From the IMG/VR virus record IMGVR_UViG_3300024260_000007: a stretch of 64,000 bases of DNA; one strand, given 5' to 3'. The notes beneath the pieces were generated by a model. The model did no database searches. It was given only the letters and a program-made list of their open reading frames with translations, and was not told the origin of the DNA. This DNA comes from an uncultured virus (IMG/VR IMGVR_UViG_3300024260_000007) (lineage: Duplodnaviria > Heunggongvirae > Uroviricota > Caudoviricetes). Positions 29,501 through 38,519 of this stretch are shown here, one piece after another. The position numbers and the translations under genes are program-made. How positions within the stretch are numbered: the first letter of the stretch is position 1; every line of letters starts with the position of its first letter.

Positions 29501-29847
29501 ATGACTACCAGCTACCTACTTTAAAACGACCGGACCACGTCGACGACATGATTCAGGGATATGCTGAAGGCGGCTATGTAACACAAGACCAGATGCAAGG
29601 CATGATGCAGCAGATGAGCGGTGTACAGCCTACGCTACAAGCGACACCTGTCGTACCTCCTTTACAAGAGCCAGAGATGGCGATGCCTATGGCACAAGAT
29701 ACGGGTGTTATGTCAGTTATCGAGCAACAAGCGCCAGTCATGACAAAGAAACAAAAAGAAAAAGCCCGAGTTAGGGCTGTAAAAAAAGGAAACAAGCGCG
29801 GTAACGCGATGCCTCCTCCTAAGACAGGAATACTGTCTGGGTTTTAG
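26524..29847 (+). CDS. Large internal virion / ejection protein 4
   Basis: 1107 aa, Gly-rich TM-like segment, last gene of the late operon. Confidence 0.6.
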   Translation: MGFNLDEFNNAGTYQGTTEVLDAPEDSSTPNWGSFESRVRESGIESSVMDTHIWGVDSEESGVTHNAPYDIQSTMSYTPTDSYQFTLKHMLKREFPEAADNGHFFDVYQDKDSGKYVYTDPEGNKTWVEPPGIDIEDITTELVPMGTETVAGAMGGAAGFATPAPGGTIMGAAAGSGVGAFAWRAQDLKDRLDKGLLDPSIYGTAEEPNYLSLFNETSKHGALSAVGSVGGDVLTKAFGMVFNKTKDKFIEKKLSAIVDDAIVEGVKKKNELFTEEEFEHLTTGQMLARLAEHKLEVASGRGEKAAAQKLQAVSRQLQEQETEFLGNSNISTELREKLFAQGGYIYDQYKLMLNNAGLPHEVSEALTELQMRDKGKNIQDYVMANHDEYLKATGKRFKSSTEELQRRIDTIVGYARSPDKAGSQIKSTINYAKKRFDDDIDAEYKSILQMIPNGSNNKVFDLTSFTMGPFARWNKQVGEAVGEFDVNKKFIGDMKNDLFEMVKTVGKDGNEVMVRQIKKLDYAGIDKTLKKLRQRRRQAFNANDPSASFDRDMLKEFIGELENIRADGLENIVRGNDDALDRLLHVEHAYSQGRRTFDSDIVLNIMGGSTKEADVWGLVKNAGPGDRDYLKDIMKTHLPDAGLYSGDALYQTIRRGIFNEYRKKVLGISKAGKGSDILEMSPNYYSTKQGEHAEWLNENDSIVKEWLTTADREKLKSVEHMAQITVNEQGVWKELLEDFNTLPWGSKKTGPLKGTLKDTEMLFHKTWGAGKVGDSQKLHNTLHRADGTIKPGAEDVVADYQSMIMNDMNQTIIKRADAGERLKVGNFIDQDAVRKYLKDNTAKLDMWLGADTLQSLQDVLRLSEVMESGYKGFTNAGEGDAFAKAMMDMGRAYVGMFTTPGRMLTAGKRIRARGTNRKQMERILSPALAAAQISKGDRSLFKRMFFQVFGKSETRAGEPDAVEDQLQDPASKFNLDEFTSGAKVSFKNGGVVHDYQLPTLKRPDHVDDMIQGYAEGGYVTQDQMQGMMQQMSGVQPTLQATPVVPPLQEPEMAMPMAQDTGVMSVIEQQAPVMTKKQKEKARVRAVKKGNKRGNAMPPPKTGILSGF

Positions 29848-29912
29848 TTTAGGGCTAACGTGTAGTTATTTGTAATCTCCTTTTCACTATGCGTGGCCAC
29901 CCTATTACTACT

Positions 29913-30185
29913 TTAAAACGGAACTTCGCCTTCTGTGTCGTCCGTGCCAATAGTAGAGCCTGTAGCACTACGATAGTCTTGGATTGTCTTGGTGCTTTGC
30001 TGTTCTTTAGCAGTGAACGATAGAGACATAAAAGGCGCTCCTTTTTTACTCTTCTTTACCCATGATGATATCCAGTACTCTGTACCGTCAATCTCACACG
30101 AGCCCGAGTATAGCGGGGAACGCTCTGATTTGAGTTCCCTGTTCTTAAACAAGACACCTGTTAAGTTGTTGTCGTAATCTGACAT
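29913..30185 (-). CDS. Small SSB-like protein with acidic ...EVPF tail
   Basis: GVLFKN..K..RSP.YSG...IDG..YWIS.W...FMSLS; ATG 30185 coupled via TAATG. Confidence 0.6.
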   Translation of the reverse strand: MSDYDNNLTGVLFKNRELKSERSPLYSGSCEIDGTEYWISSWVKKSKKGAPFMSLSFTAKEQQSTKTIQDYRSATGSTIGTDDTEGEVPF

Positions 30186-30367
30186 TATAGTCTCCTTAAA
30201 ATTGTATTTAATTCTTCGCCTGTAGTGAGGTGTATATAACAAGCCTCACGTAAAACTCCGTACATATAAGCTCTACGTAAGTTAGACGCGTCGTACTTGC
30301 TACCTGCCCTCGACTTTAAAGTTAAGTCCATATCTCTTAGTAGTTTATCCGCATCTGTGCCTGTCAT
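30185..30367 (-). CDS. Hypothetical protein
   Basis: Fits the operon spacing. Confidence 0.55.
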   Translation of the reverse strand: MTGTDADKLLRDMDLTLKSRAGSKYDASNLRRAYMYGVLREACYIHLTTGEELNTILRRL

Positions 30368-30381
30368 ATTAATATCCTAAA

Positions 30382-31176
30382 TTAGAACGGGATACTGTCG
30401 CCAGTATCAGAAACTTCTGCAACAACTACGTCATCACCCTCGTTATAGTTAGCGCTCTTAGAGCCACCTTTAACAGCATCGTACAAACCTTTAGCGGTAA
30501 CGTAGGCATTCTGGTCAGTAACAAAACCATCTAAAGTAAATGCAATACCTTTCCAAGTACCGTGGTCATTAGACTCTGAGGTAGAGTTCAGCTTAACTTG
30601 GTTAGCGAACATCGGAGGAGCAAACATGCCGTTAGCACCCTGCACCCGTACTGCGTTCAATTGAGTCATCAACTTACGTGATGCTTTAACTTGACTAGAC
30701 GCCATTGAGATAACAGCAGGGTCGTAGGTACCGTCATCGTTAATAACGATTACAGTCAACTCTCTTGTGTCCGCGGCTTGGTTACCGTTAGCGAAGTAAT
30801 CCTTACCGTCTTCCCCACGTGTGATACCTAGTGCTTTCGCCTCAGTAGGTGTTAGCTTACCTAAGAAACCACCGCCTTGCTCACGTGACTGCCACTCAAT
30901 GTAACAGCGCTCGTAGTAGACAGGTAGAAACGTAAGTTCTTCGTACAGCTTCTCTGTAGCAGTGTTGTAAAACATACCTGCTTTAGCGCCTTGTACATAA
31001 CCTGGGTTATCTTCGTCCACCTGTGGTGACATCTTTTGTAGAGGACGTAGGAACGGCATCGCTTGGTCTGCCGCCTCAATGTTCTCTGTACCCATGCCTG
31101 CATCTTGCTCAAATGAGCCCATGATTGCTAATTGACTATCTTCTTGTTCTTTCTTTGTCATTTTTGTTGTTGACAT
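30382..31176 (-). CDS. ssDNA-binding/annealing-like replication protein
   Basis: PFLRPLQKMSPQV, YIEW..REQGGGF, acidic tail DSIPF; within the replication cluster. Confidence 0.55.
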   Translation of the reverse strand: MSTTKMTKKEQEDSQLAIMGSFEQDAGMGTENIEAADQAMPFLRPLQKMSPQVDEDNPGYVQGAKAGMFYNTATEKLYEELTFLPVYYERCYIEWQSREQGGGFLGKLTPTEAKALGITRGEDGKDYFANGNQAADTRELTVIVINDDGTYDPAVISMASSQVKASRKLMTQLNAVRVQGANGMFAPPMFANQVKLNSTSESNDHGTWKGIAFTLDGFVTDQNAYVTAKGLYDAVKGGSKSANYNEGDDVVVAEVSDTGDSIPF

Positions 31177-31205
31177 TTCTTACTCCTATGTTGTTATTTT
31201 TAGTT

Positions 31206-31769
31206 TTATTTGATAATTGACTCTTGGTACAAAAAGATGCCCATTAGTTCTAGAGGTATATCTTCCCCCTGCGCTAGCTTTTCTTTAGCTAACGCTTTTA
31301 GTGACCCCGTGTTGATACTGATATCTTCATGGAAGTTACTAAAACCGTTATCGACTAGTAAGTCGATTAATTCTTCTGCTCTTGAGTTCTCACCTTTCTG
31401 AAACTCAATCACCACTGTGTCTTTTATCAAGCTACCCGCGCCATGCTCTTTCAGCCAGTTGGCTACTTCCGCACGGTTCTTCTTAGGTAGAGATGCTCTC
31501 ATCTGGTCTTTGACGCTGATGGAGGAGCCATTCTCTAATGTGAATGACGCCATACCTACCGACTGCATTGCCTCGGGTAGGTCTACTTGGGATATCTGAA
31601 TATATTCCTTCTTGGTTCGCTTGACATCATCCTCTAACTGAACCAGCTCAGCTTTCTTAGCGACCTGTGCATTAGCTATGTCAGATATCTTATCAATATG
31701 TACGCTCTGTACATCCTCTTGTGTTGGTATGTCTGCTTCAAACATACTCTCTAAATTACTTTTTTGCAT
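31206..31769 (-). CDS. Replication-cluster hypothetical protein
   Basis: LPEAM..VG..SFTL.NG, WL..HG.G.LIK; RBS aaggag. Confidence 0.6.
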   Translation of the reverse strand: MQKSNLESMFEADIPTQEDVQSVHIDKISDIANAQVAKKAELVQLEDDVKRTKKEYIQISQVDLPEAMQSVGMASFTLENGSSISVKDQMRASLPKKNRAEVANWLKEHGAGSLIKDTVVIEFQKGENSRAEELIDLLVDNGFSNFHEDISINTGSLKALAKEKLAQGEDIPLELMGIFLYQESIIK

Positions 31770-31782
31770 ATTATGCTCCTTC

Positions 31783-32100
31783 TTAAATTGAAATATCTAT
31801 CGCGTAGTAGCGATTCTCTTTCTTGTCCCACGTTAGTACTTTAATCTTACCGTGATTCGCTTTAGATGCGATTGCACCGACCATGGCAATCGCGGCTGGC
31901 GCTCCCATAGCAAGGATATAATCCTTATCTGAAAAATCCCGTAAGTCGTTCTTCAACTGTCTCACAACAGGAGCAACTCCCGCGGTGATATCCCCTGGTG
32001 GTAGCAAATACTGTAGCCTGCCGTATCTCAGTGCATCACTCAAGTCAACAAATCTAAACGGCTGTTGACAAACGTACACTACGCCTTCTTCTTGTTCCAT
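31783..32100 (-). CDS. Hypothetical protein (alpha/beta)
   Basis: First gene after the promoter at 32144-32171. Confidence 0.65.
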   Translation of the reverse strand: MEQEEGVVYVCQQPFRFVDLSDALRYGRLQYLLPPGDITAGVAPVVRQLKNDLRDFSDKDYILAMGAPAAIAMVGAIASKANHGKIKVLTWDKKENRYYAIDISI

Positions 32101-32143
32101 GTTTCCCTTTCTTTAGTTATAAAATTCTAAACTTCTGTCTTGT

Positions 32144-32171
32144 AGTATACCCTAATTAAACACTTAGTGTA
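32144..32171 (-). promoter_or_regulatory. Phage promoter (TACACT-16-TATACT, conserved spacer)
   Basis: Member of the repeated AAGTGT..AWTTAGGG-spacer family. Confidence 0.7.
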
Positions 32172-32176
32172 AGTTT

Positions 32177-33607
32177 CTATGAAATAAAACTCGCTATGTC
32201 TTTAATTATTGTATCGGCAATGTTCTGCTTACTACGCAGTGCCTTAATAATAGACTCGTCTACCGTACCACGCGCCACTAGGTCTCGGTATACAACATTC
32301 TTCTTCTGACCAATACGCATCGCCCTGTCCTCAGACTGTAGTCTGTCCTCAAGTGAGTACGAATTAGAGTAGTAGATAACACTACTAGCACGCGTAAGTG
32401 TCAATCCAGTCGATGCTGTCTTATTAGCGACAAAGTATTTAATCTTAGGGCTTAGTTGGAAGTCCTGCACGTTCTTAGCACGGTCGTCAGATTCAGTCGC
32501 TCCGTAATACGCAACACACTCGTCCCCTAGCATCGCCGTAACTTGGTGAATCTCATGGATAAAGCGACACCAAATGATTGTCTTCTCTTGGTTATCTTCT
32601 AGTATATCTTTAAGTAGCTTTAATTTAACATCCCCACCTTTGACATCGATGATATCTCCCTCTTCAGTAGTCATGTAACCTGAGATTAGTTGAGAGAGTC
32701 TGAGTAGTTTAGTGATAGCCAGCTGAGCGGTAACTCTACCTTCTGCCATCTCCAGCATCACCTCCTCCTTAATTACTTTATATAGACGCTTTTGCTCTGG
32801 CGATAGGTCAAAGTATACCTTCTCGTAAATCTTGTCTGGTAGGTCAAGACACTCCTCCTTAGTCACTCTAAATGAGTGAGGTTTAATCAACTGCTGGAGC
32901 TCGTCTAGATTACGAAAGCCCATGACCTGTGTGTACTGCCTCTGCTGAGCATGGTTAATTTTCTTCTCTAGGATAGCAAAGTGAGCGCGAAACGCGACAA
33001 ATGACTGGAAGCCTAGTATGTAGGGGTCTAAGAAAGCAAACTGACTGTATGCATCCAGTGGGGAGTTTGTAATCGGGGTGCCTGTTGAGATTCTCTTGTA
33101 GGGCGCCAGCTTGCCTAGCTTTAAAACAGCCTTAGTACGCTTCGCTTGAGGTGTCTTAAACTTCTGAGACTCGTCCAGTATCAACATCGTACGAAACATA
33201 CGCATGTACTTCTCAATAAAGGTAGCGCCTTTCTTGGTGATTAGCGCCTCTACGTTCATACATACGATTCGTAACCCTAACTTTAAATCGACCACCGCAG
33301 CCAGCGACTCTTTGTCTTCTTTGCGCATAGCTGAGTTCCATGCTGACGATGCATACAGGTGAGGCGGTAGTGCTAAGTGTGTTGGTATCTCGTTGATAAC
33401 CCAGTTCTGATGTACGCCACTAGGGGCTAGTACTAATATTGCATCAATCTTCCCTTGGTTGTACAAGTAACACGCGTTGTCTAACAGCATCTTGGACTTG
33501 CCAGTTCCCATGTCGGCAATCAAAGCAAAGTACTCTCTGTCTTTCATGATATTGAACGCTTGCTCTTGGTGAGCGTACGGCTTAGTTTTAAATTTAAAAT
33601 CACCCAT
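32177..33607 (-). CDS. SNF2-family (SF2) helicase
   Basis: DMGTGKS, LILDES, TGTPI, GLTLT, QSEDRAMRIGQ. Confidence 0.93.
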   Translation of the reverse strand: MGDFKFKTKPYAHQEQAFNIMKDREYFALIADMGTGKSKMLLDNACYLYNQGKIDAILVLAPSGVHQNWVINEIPTHLALPPHLYASSAWNSAMRKEDKESLAAVVDLKLGLRIVCMNVEALITKKGATFIEKYMRMFRTMLILDESQKFKTPQAKRTKAVLKLGKLAPYKRISTGTPITNSPLDAYSQFAFLDPYILGFQSFVAFRAHFAILEKKINHAQQRQYTQVMGFRNLDELQQLIKPHSFRVTKEECLDLPDKIYEKVYFDLSPEQKRLYKVIKEEVMLEMAEGRVTAQLAITKLLRLSQLISGYMTTEEGDIIDVKGGDVKLKLLKDILEDNQEKTIIWCRFIHEIHQVTAMLGDECVAYYGATESDDRAKNVQDFQLSPKIKYFVANKTASTGLTLTRASSVIYYSNSYSLEDRLQSEDRAMRIGQKKNVVYRDLVARGTVDESIIKALRSKQNIADTIIKDIASFIS

Positions 33608-34031
33608 GTGATAACTCCTTTATGAATCCTTCGTAGTCCATACGACCCTTTGCGTAGAATCGACAGTTCTTGGACAGCTCTTCTTTATTCCAGTTGCCTA
33701 AATCATCGATGTTCGACCAGTGAAATAGGAAGTACTCCTTCTGTACCTTTAAAAACACCCAGCAATTACGCCCAGACTCTCCGTGTTGCTTCAACCACCA
33801 GCGCTGGTCTGATGTAAAGTGAGGTAGTCTGATAGGCGTGGCTTCCCTCTTGGGAAAACTAGCCACACATTTTAATTCGATAAAGTGATGCGCGCCATTG
33901 ACTGAGCAAACCACGTCGGGTACTCCAGCGAGGGAGCACTCTAAACGAGTCCATGCAGTCTTGTGTCCCAACTCCCGTGCTTTCTTGCGAAACCCGTCAC
34001 GCAACGCGCGTGCAAAGTTAGCTTCACTCAT
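33600..34031 (-). CDS. PD-(D/E)xK nuclease (Holliday-junction resolvase / VRR-NUC-like)
   Basis: SEA.F...GVPD...FIELK...Q..W. Confidence 0.8.
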   Translation of the reverse strand: MSEANFARALRDGFRKKARELGHKTAWTRLECSLAGVPDVVCSVNGAHHFIELKCVASFPKREATPIRLPHFTSDQRWWLKQHGESGRNCWVFLKVQKEYFLFHWSNIDDLGNWNKEELSKNCRFYAKGRMDYEGFIKELSHG

Positions 34032-34305
34032 CTTTATATCTCTTTGCCAGTAGTCCGGAGGTCAGTATAAGCCCCTCCATGCGCCGTACGCACTTAGACA
34101 GGCTGTCCAACCCTTTCAAAACACCGAGATGTACCTCAGTCGCCTCCCCAAACAAGTATTGCTTAGCCTCCTCGTCGATATCAAGTACGTCAACAGTGTC
34201 ACGGAGTTCTTGCATCTGCTCTGTGACAGCGTCTTTTATCTCTTCGAAATCAGAATTTAACGGCATTGATATCCTCTGGTTTAACTCTGTACTCTTGGTC
34301 TTCAA
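34024..34305 (-). CDS. Hypothetical protein
   Basis: Overlap-coupled to 33600; start may be the internal Met. Confidence 0.55.
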   Translation of the reverse strand: MKTKSTELNQRISMPLNSDFEEIKDAVTEQMQELRDTVDVLDIDEEAKQYLFGEATEVHLGVLKGLDSLSKCVRRMEGLILTSGLLAKRYKDE

Positions 34306-34447
34306 ACCAACCGGGTGCTGTGGGAGGTTCTATGTCTTCCCAATGTTTCACTTTAGTATCACAGCATAATACTGCTAACTTCTGAATTTGGTAGCCCTCT
34401 GCCCATTTGTGTATTAGTTCTGCGTGTTTATGCTGTTGCATCTTCAT
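34250..34447 (-). CDS. Small phage protein (HAELI..WAEG..IQ...YRVKP type)
   Basis: Motif; RBS ggag. Confidence 0.65.
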   Translation of the reverse strand: MKMQQHKHAELIHKWAEGYQIQKLAVLCCDTKVKHWEDIEPPTAPGWFEDQEYRVKPEDINAVKF

Positions 34448-34670
34448 TCTCCTTAGTATTCTCCATAAATTCTCTGACTAACTGCTCAATAATACGTTCA
34501 TCTGTCTTAACGCAATCAACATCCTCCCAGTAATTAGCATACCATTCAATAGCCATTGCTAGTTCCCCGTAAGTATTAGGGTAATTATGCACAGGCATAT
34601 CCTGCTTCTCTTGTTCCCAATCAATTAAGAACTCTTGGTAGTTCTGCTCCTTTAGTGTTAACTTAGTCAT
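34428..34670 (-). CDS. Hypothetical acidic protein
   Basis: Start placed at ATG ACT AAG overlapping the upstream stop. Confidence 0.55.
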   Translation of the reverse strand: MTKLTLKEQNYQEFLIDWEQEKQDMPVHNYPNTYGELAMAIEWYANYWEDVDCVKTDERIIEQLVREFMENTKENEDATA

Positions 34671-34848
34671 CTTTATGCTCCTTAGCAAATTTAATAGTAA
34701 CCCTAGGACGCTTATCGTACTGCATCATAAACCAAGCTAATGCTAGGTCTCTGTCTTCAGGCGGTATGCCTAACTTATCGTATGAGTCTTGTAGTGAATT
34801 AACGTATTCAACTAACATATCTAATCGTTGTTCTTCAGTCATCTTCAT
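34663..34848 (-). CDS. Hypothetical protein
   Basis: Shared MKMT junction. Confidence 0.55.
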   Translation of the reverse strand: MKMTEEQRLDMLVEYVNSLQDSYDKLGIPPEDRDLALAWFMMQYDKRPRVTIKFAKEHKDD

Positions 34849-35149
34849 TCCCCTTCTCCACTGTTATCTCTGTCCACTCTGCTTTCTGAATAACATAGCA
34901 CTTACTAAAGTTTTTATAAATACTTTCTTTGGTGTGAAAGCCTGTTAGCTCTACCCTATCATCAGAAGCCTTGACTACCCACTGCCACATCTTAATCTTA
35001 CCTTTAGGTTTGATACGGTAATCAGCACTAGTACCATCAAAGTCTGAAAAAGAATCAACGCTATACCACTTCACATTAAAACGATACTCAACCTCTAGTC
35101 CATCCATATAAGCATTTACATATGCCTTTAGTTCATCAGTCATCTTCAT
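34835..35149 (-). CDS. Hypothetical protein (AY.DG.EVE...YRIKP type)
   Basis: RBS aaggag; distantly similar to 34250..34447. Confidence 0.6.
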   Translation of the reverse strand: MKMTDELKAYVNAYMDGLEVEYRFNVKWYSVDSFSDFDGTSADYRIKPKGKIKMWQWVVKASDDRVELTGFHTKESIYKNFSKCYVIQKAEWTEITVEKGNEDD

Positions 35150-35455
35150 TCTCCTTTTGTTAATGTGTGAGGTCTTCGCAGTAGTTATCTTTTACAAACA
35201 CCCATAGTGCTGGATAATTAGTATTAGTCTGCTTTGTCAGTGGGACTTACCTCATTGCCCTCGTTCTTATACCTCTTTACTCTTTCAAGTCATCGATGCG
35301 TAAGTTAAGACAACTTGCATAGCTCTTCATATATTTAACACTTTATAGCACCACTTTGTGTCGTTAAGGGACACTTCTATGCGGTATTAAACTTCAACCT
35401 TCATATGACATAACATATACCTCTATCCAAAGGCCAAAACAACCCTGCACTTACT

Positions 35456-35866
35456 TTATGTATTGGCGTTAAAGGTTTTCCAGAAATCTCTGTCGTTGTG
35501 GCACATCCTGTCGGCCATACTCTTTCTAATCTTTTCAGCGTCTTCAGGCATACCCTTCTTTGCCTTAGCCATCACTCTATCTACGTCCAGCGACTTAGCC
35601 AGCCTAGCACCAATACCTGCTCTAGTCATACCTGTCTTCTCGGCAATCTCTGGGACAGTCCACTCACTGCCGTCCGACAATACGTATACTTTAAAATGAC
35701 CCTTGCGAGACGCCCCGTCCAACGCGGGTGCAAATATCTTGTCCCTGTCTGCAGTTCTACATAATCTACACCGTACCGATGTAATAGACAGCCCCGCCTG
35801 CTTTGCAATAGCCAATGCCGTCCACTTGCTCCCATCTGATAATGTATACACCTTACTAATAGCCAT
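35456..35866 (-). CDS. Protein with two tandem HTH-like repeats
   Basis: KVYxLSDGSxWTxxxIAxxxGxxxxxxxxRL occurs twice. Confidence 0.65.
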   Translation of the reverse strand: MAISKVYTLSDGSKWTALAIAKQAGLSITSVRCRLCRTADRDKIFAPALDGASRKGHFKVYVLSDGSEWTVPEIAEKTGMTRAGIGARLAKSLDVDRVMAKAKKGMPEDAEKIRKSMADRMCHNDRDFWKTFNANT

Positions 35867-35875
35867 AATATTCTC

Positions 35876-37708
35876 CTAGTGGATATCCCACCAACTGTTT
35901 CCTGTGTTACTCTCAGCGTGCAAGGGGCAGGTTAGAGGGTATGCGTTTACCATAGTATCTTCCAGCCCTTTAAGCGCCAACTTTAAATCATCACCCACCA
36001 GCTTGGTTGAGAAGATGAGCTCATCGTGCACAACTGCGATAGGCGCACCCAGTTTATCGTCAGCGCACCACCCTCCTTCCCACAAATCGACAATCGCCTT
36101 CTTCATAATATCCGCCGCGCCCCCTTGTATCAAGCGGTTTGGTGCTTTATGTAATGTAGTAGAGTCAGCGCCGTTGTAGTTACATCTGCGTTGCCCAACC
36201 GTTCTAATGTACTTACGTCTACGTGCGGTACTAGATACCTGCTTAGCCAGTGCTCTGAAGAATGGGAAATTACCATTAAATCCATCTAGAATACGTTTTC
36301 CTGTAACAGCGTCACCCAGTTTCAGCGCTAGAGAGGCTTCCCCCTGCCCATACAGCTGGGCTAGTAGTACCATCTTCATCACCTGTCTCTCGACATCTGG
36401 CGCACTTGTCATCAATATGGCATAAAAGTCCGACTCTGGTGTCTTGTTAAACAGCTCCTTTAATTCGTTAGCTACTTCACCCGCACAGTAATGGAGTGCT
36501 AGTCTTGGCTCAATCTGAGAGTAGTCAATACCGACAAGGGTTTCACCCTCATCTGCAATAAATAGCTCTCTGAAGCGTGCATCACGAGGGGTTTGTTGTA
36601 GGTTAGGGCGCGACGAGGACATACGCCCAGTCACAGCGCCAATCTGATTAAAGCCAGCGTATAAGCGACCATCTACTACATACTTCTTGTAGGCGCCTTC
36701 AATAAAAGAGTTCATTAGTTTGGTGTTCTTGCGACACGCGCTAATCGCCTGTGCAATAGGTGCATCACATGACTTTAAAAAGTCAGCTGTGAACGACGGG
36801 TTGCCCTTGTCTGTAATAGGATAGGGTACGTTCAGTTCATCAAAAGCACGCTGTATGTCTCTGCCTGCGTTGACGTTGACAGTTCTGCCTGCAATCTGCG
36901 TGAGTGCCTTAGTCAGTGTGCGACTCTCAGCCACTAGTTCGTCACCCAACGCTCTTAGCTTAGGCTCGTCCATACGGATGCCTTTAGCTGTCATATGTAA
37001 GATAGGCTCAATCAAGCGCATCTCTAGGTCTGTAATCTCATCCACATCAGCCTGCTTAATCAACTCTTGTTGCTTGACATAGATATCTAAGGTCAGTTCT
37101 GCGTCAATTCGTGCGTAAGGCTCAACCAGTTTAATAGGTGCCCGCCAAATGTTGCCCGCCTGTGAGCGACCTTTACGCCCGCCAAATCTCTGGTGGCACC
37201 ACTCATATAATAAGTCCTCTTCTTTACCTTCGCCTGTGTATAACTCACCTAGAGCGTCCAGCGAGTAACTGCGTCGGTACTCATTAACCAAACGCTCTGC
37301 AAGCAGTACATCGAAGAAAGGAGGCTGGGGTGTAATGCCCTCTGCCATCACAAACCGTAAGTCGAAGTTAGCGTTAGCCATCACCTTAAGGTTAGGCAAC
37401 TCCATTAGATACTTTAAATAGTCGAGTGCTACTTGCTCATCCATATTGCCACTGTCCCCATCGTGACGAAAAGCGACATAAAAACTAGTCCCGCCAGCAA
37501 TACTAACGGAATAACCCACAATACGGTCATCCCCGTGAGGAGATAGGCCAGTAGTTTCTGTGTCAAAGGCGAATGGTACGCCTGCTTCAATCTCGGGTAG
37601 ACTTGGATGTACATATTCTTTTAAATCCTCTGGTAAGGGTACAGGTATGTCTAAACGAGACTGTACCATAGGGGCTGTTTTCTTAATGCCTTGTTTCCAA
37701 ACTAGCAT
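35876..37708 (-). CDS. polA: Family A DNA polymerase with 3'-5' exonuclease
   Basis: FDTETTGL, NANFD, YARIDA; TGRMSSSRPNLQQ, DYSQIE, IQGGAAD, VHDE. Confidence 0.95.
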   Translation of the reverse strand: MLVWKQGIKKTAPMVQSRLDIPVPLPEDLKEYVHPSLPEIEAGVPFAFDTETTGLSPHGDDRIVGYSVSIAGGTSFYVAFRHDGDSGNMDEQVALDYLKYLMELPNLKVMANANFDLRFVMAEGITPQPPFFDVLLAERLVNEYRRSYSLDALGELYTGEGKEEDLLYEWCHQRFGGRKGRSQAGNIWRAPIKLVEPYARIDAELTLDIYVKQQELIKQADVDEITDLEMRLIEPILHMTAKGIRMDEPKLRALGDELVAESRTLTKALTQIAGRTVNVNAGRDIQRAFDELNVPYPITDKGNPSFTADFLKSCDAPIAQAISACRKNTKLMNSFIEGAYKKYVVDGRLYAGFNQIGAVTGRMSSSRPNLQQTPRDARFRELFIADEGETLVGIDYSQIEPRLALHYCAGEVANELKELFNKTPESDFYAILMTSAPDVERQVMKMVLLAQLYGQGEASLALKLGDAVTGKRILDGFNGNFPFFRALAKQVSSTARRRKYIRTVGQRRCNYNGADSTTLHKAPNRLIQGGAADIMKKAIVDLWEGGWCADDKLGAPIAVVHDELIFSTKLVGDDLKLALKGLEDTMVNAYPLTCPLHAESNTGNSWWDIH

Positions 37709-37799
37709 GTTATTCCTTTAAATTGTACACCGCCCGAGTTCTAAGCGGTGTTATGTTATTTACTTCTTCTTTTGGTTGCGCTCTACGCGCTCCCAGTAT

Positions 37800-38393
37800 T
37801 CATCCCACGCTTCGTCTTGGTACATAGTCTCGTTTCTTCCCCATGGAGTAAAGTTCATCTGCTGTGTAGTCTAATACATAGTCATCCCATTGTACTAGAA
37901 AAGGCGAAAAACTGAAAGTGTCTCTAAACTTCATACCGTCTGAGCGTAGGTAGTCATACTGTTTTGTCAGTATCTTATTCATTAGTACCTTACGCTGTGT
38001 TCCGTCTGTAAACGTCACGTATAGGTCAAACTGTACGCCGTGAAGTATCACTACCTCTGCTGAGAGTATCTCGGGCTCGTAGGCAATAATAGCGTCCTCA
38101 ATACGTTCCTCATTACCCATGGCAATGACTAAGTAATGCATCGCCTTAAGCAAATCCTTTTGATTTAAGCCATCTTTCTTGCCGTAGCGCATAAGATACT
38201 TGATTGCGTTGTCAATCGCCGTGTTAGTGAGCGTTCCTCGCGCTTGGTAAACATCCAACGCCTGTACGTCATTATTCCTGTTCGTATAATGCTGGTCATA
38301 CGTTCCGTCGATATAGCTACTTAAGTTTCCTAGGACACTGTCCTCATTAAATTTATAGTTTGGCACTTTTCTTACCCTCGTTAATAACGTCAT
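37800..38393 (-). CDS. DUF3310-like domain fused to a DUF2442-like domain
   Basis: QHY...NAIKYLMRYGKKDG..DLLKAMHY, then LYVTFTDG...VQW...DY.ADELY. Confidence 0.6.
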   Translation of the reverse strand: MTLLTRVRKVPNYKFNEDSVLGNLSSYIDGTYDQHYTNRNNDVQALDVYQARGTLTNTAIDNAIKYLMRYGKKDGLNQKDLLKAMHYLVIAMGNEERIEDAIIAYEPEILSAEVVILHGVQFDLYVTFTDGTQRKVLMNKILTKQYDYLRSDGMKFRDTFSFSPFLVQWDDYVLDYTADELYSMGKKRDYVPRRSVG

Positions 38394-38519
38394 CGTTAAA
38401 ATCCATCATGTAGGCTAGTAACCATGCCATATATAACATGCCAAAACCAAGTAGTACCTCAAACATATCAATGTTTTCCATCTTATTCTCCTTCTATTTG
38501 TTATTCTAAATTGATGTCT

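Noticed and set aside
35150..35455. Additional gene between 34835 and 35456
   Set aside because: The - strand frames I read are broken by stops within short distances; possibly a decayed remnant, but not supportable
35876..37708. Z-genome polymerase (DpoZ) or other base-modification system
   Set aside because: No PurZ, dATPase, queuosine-pathway or thymidylate-modifying genes recognised
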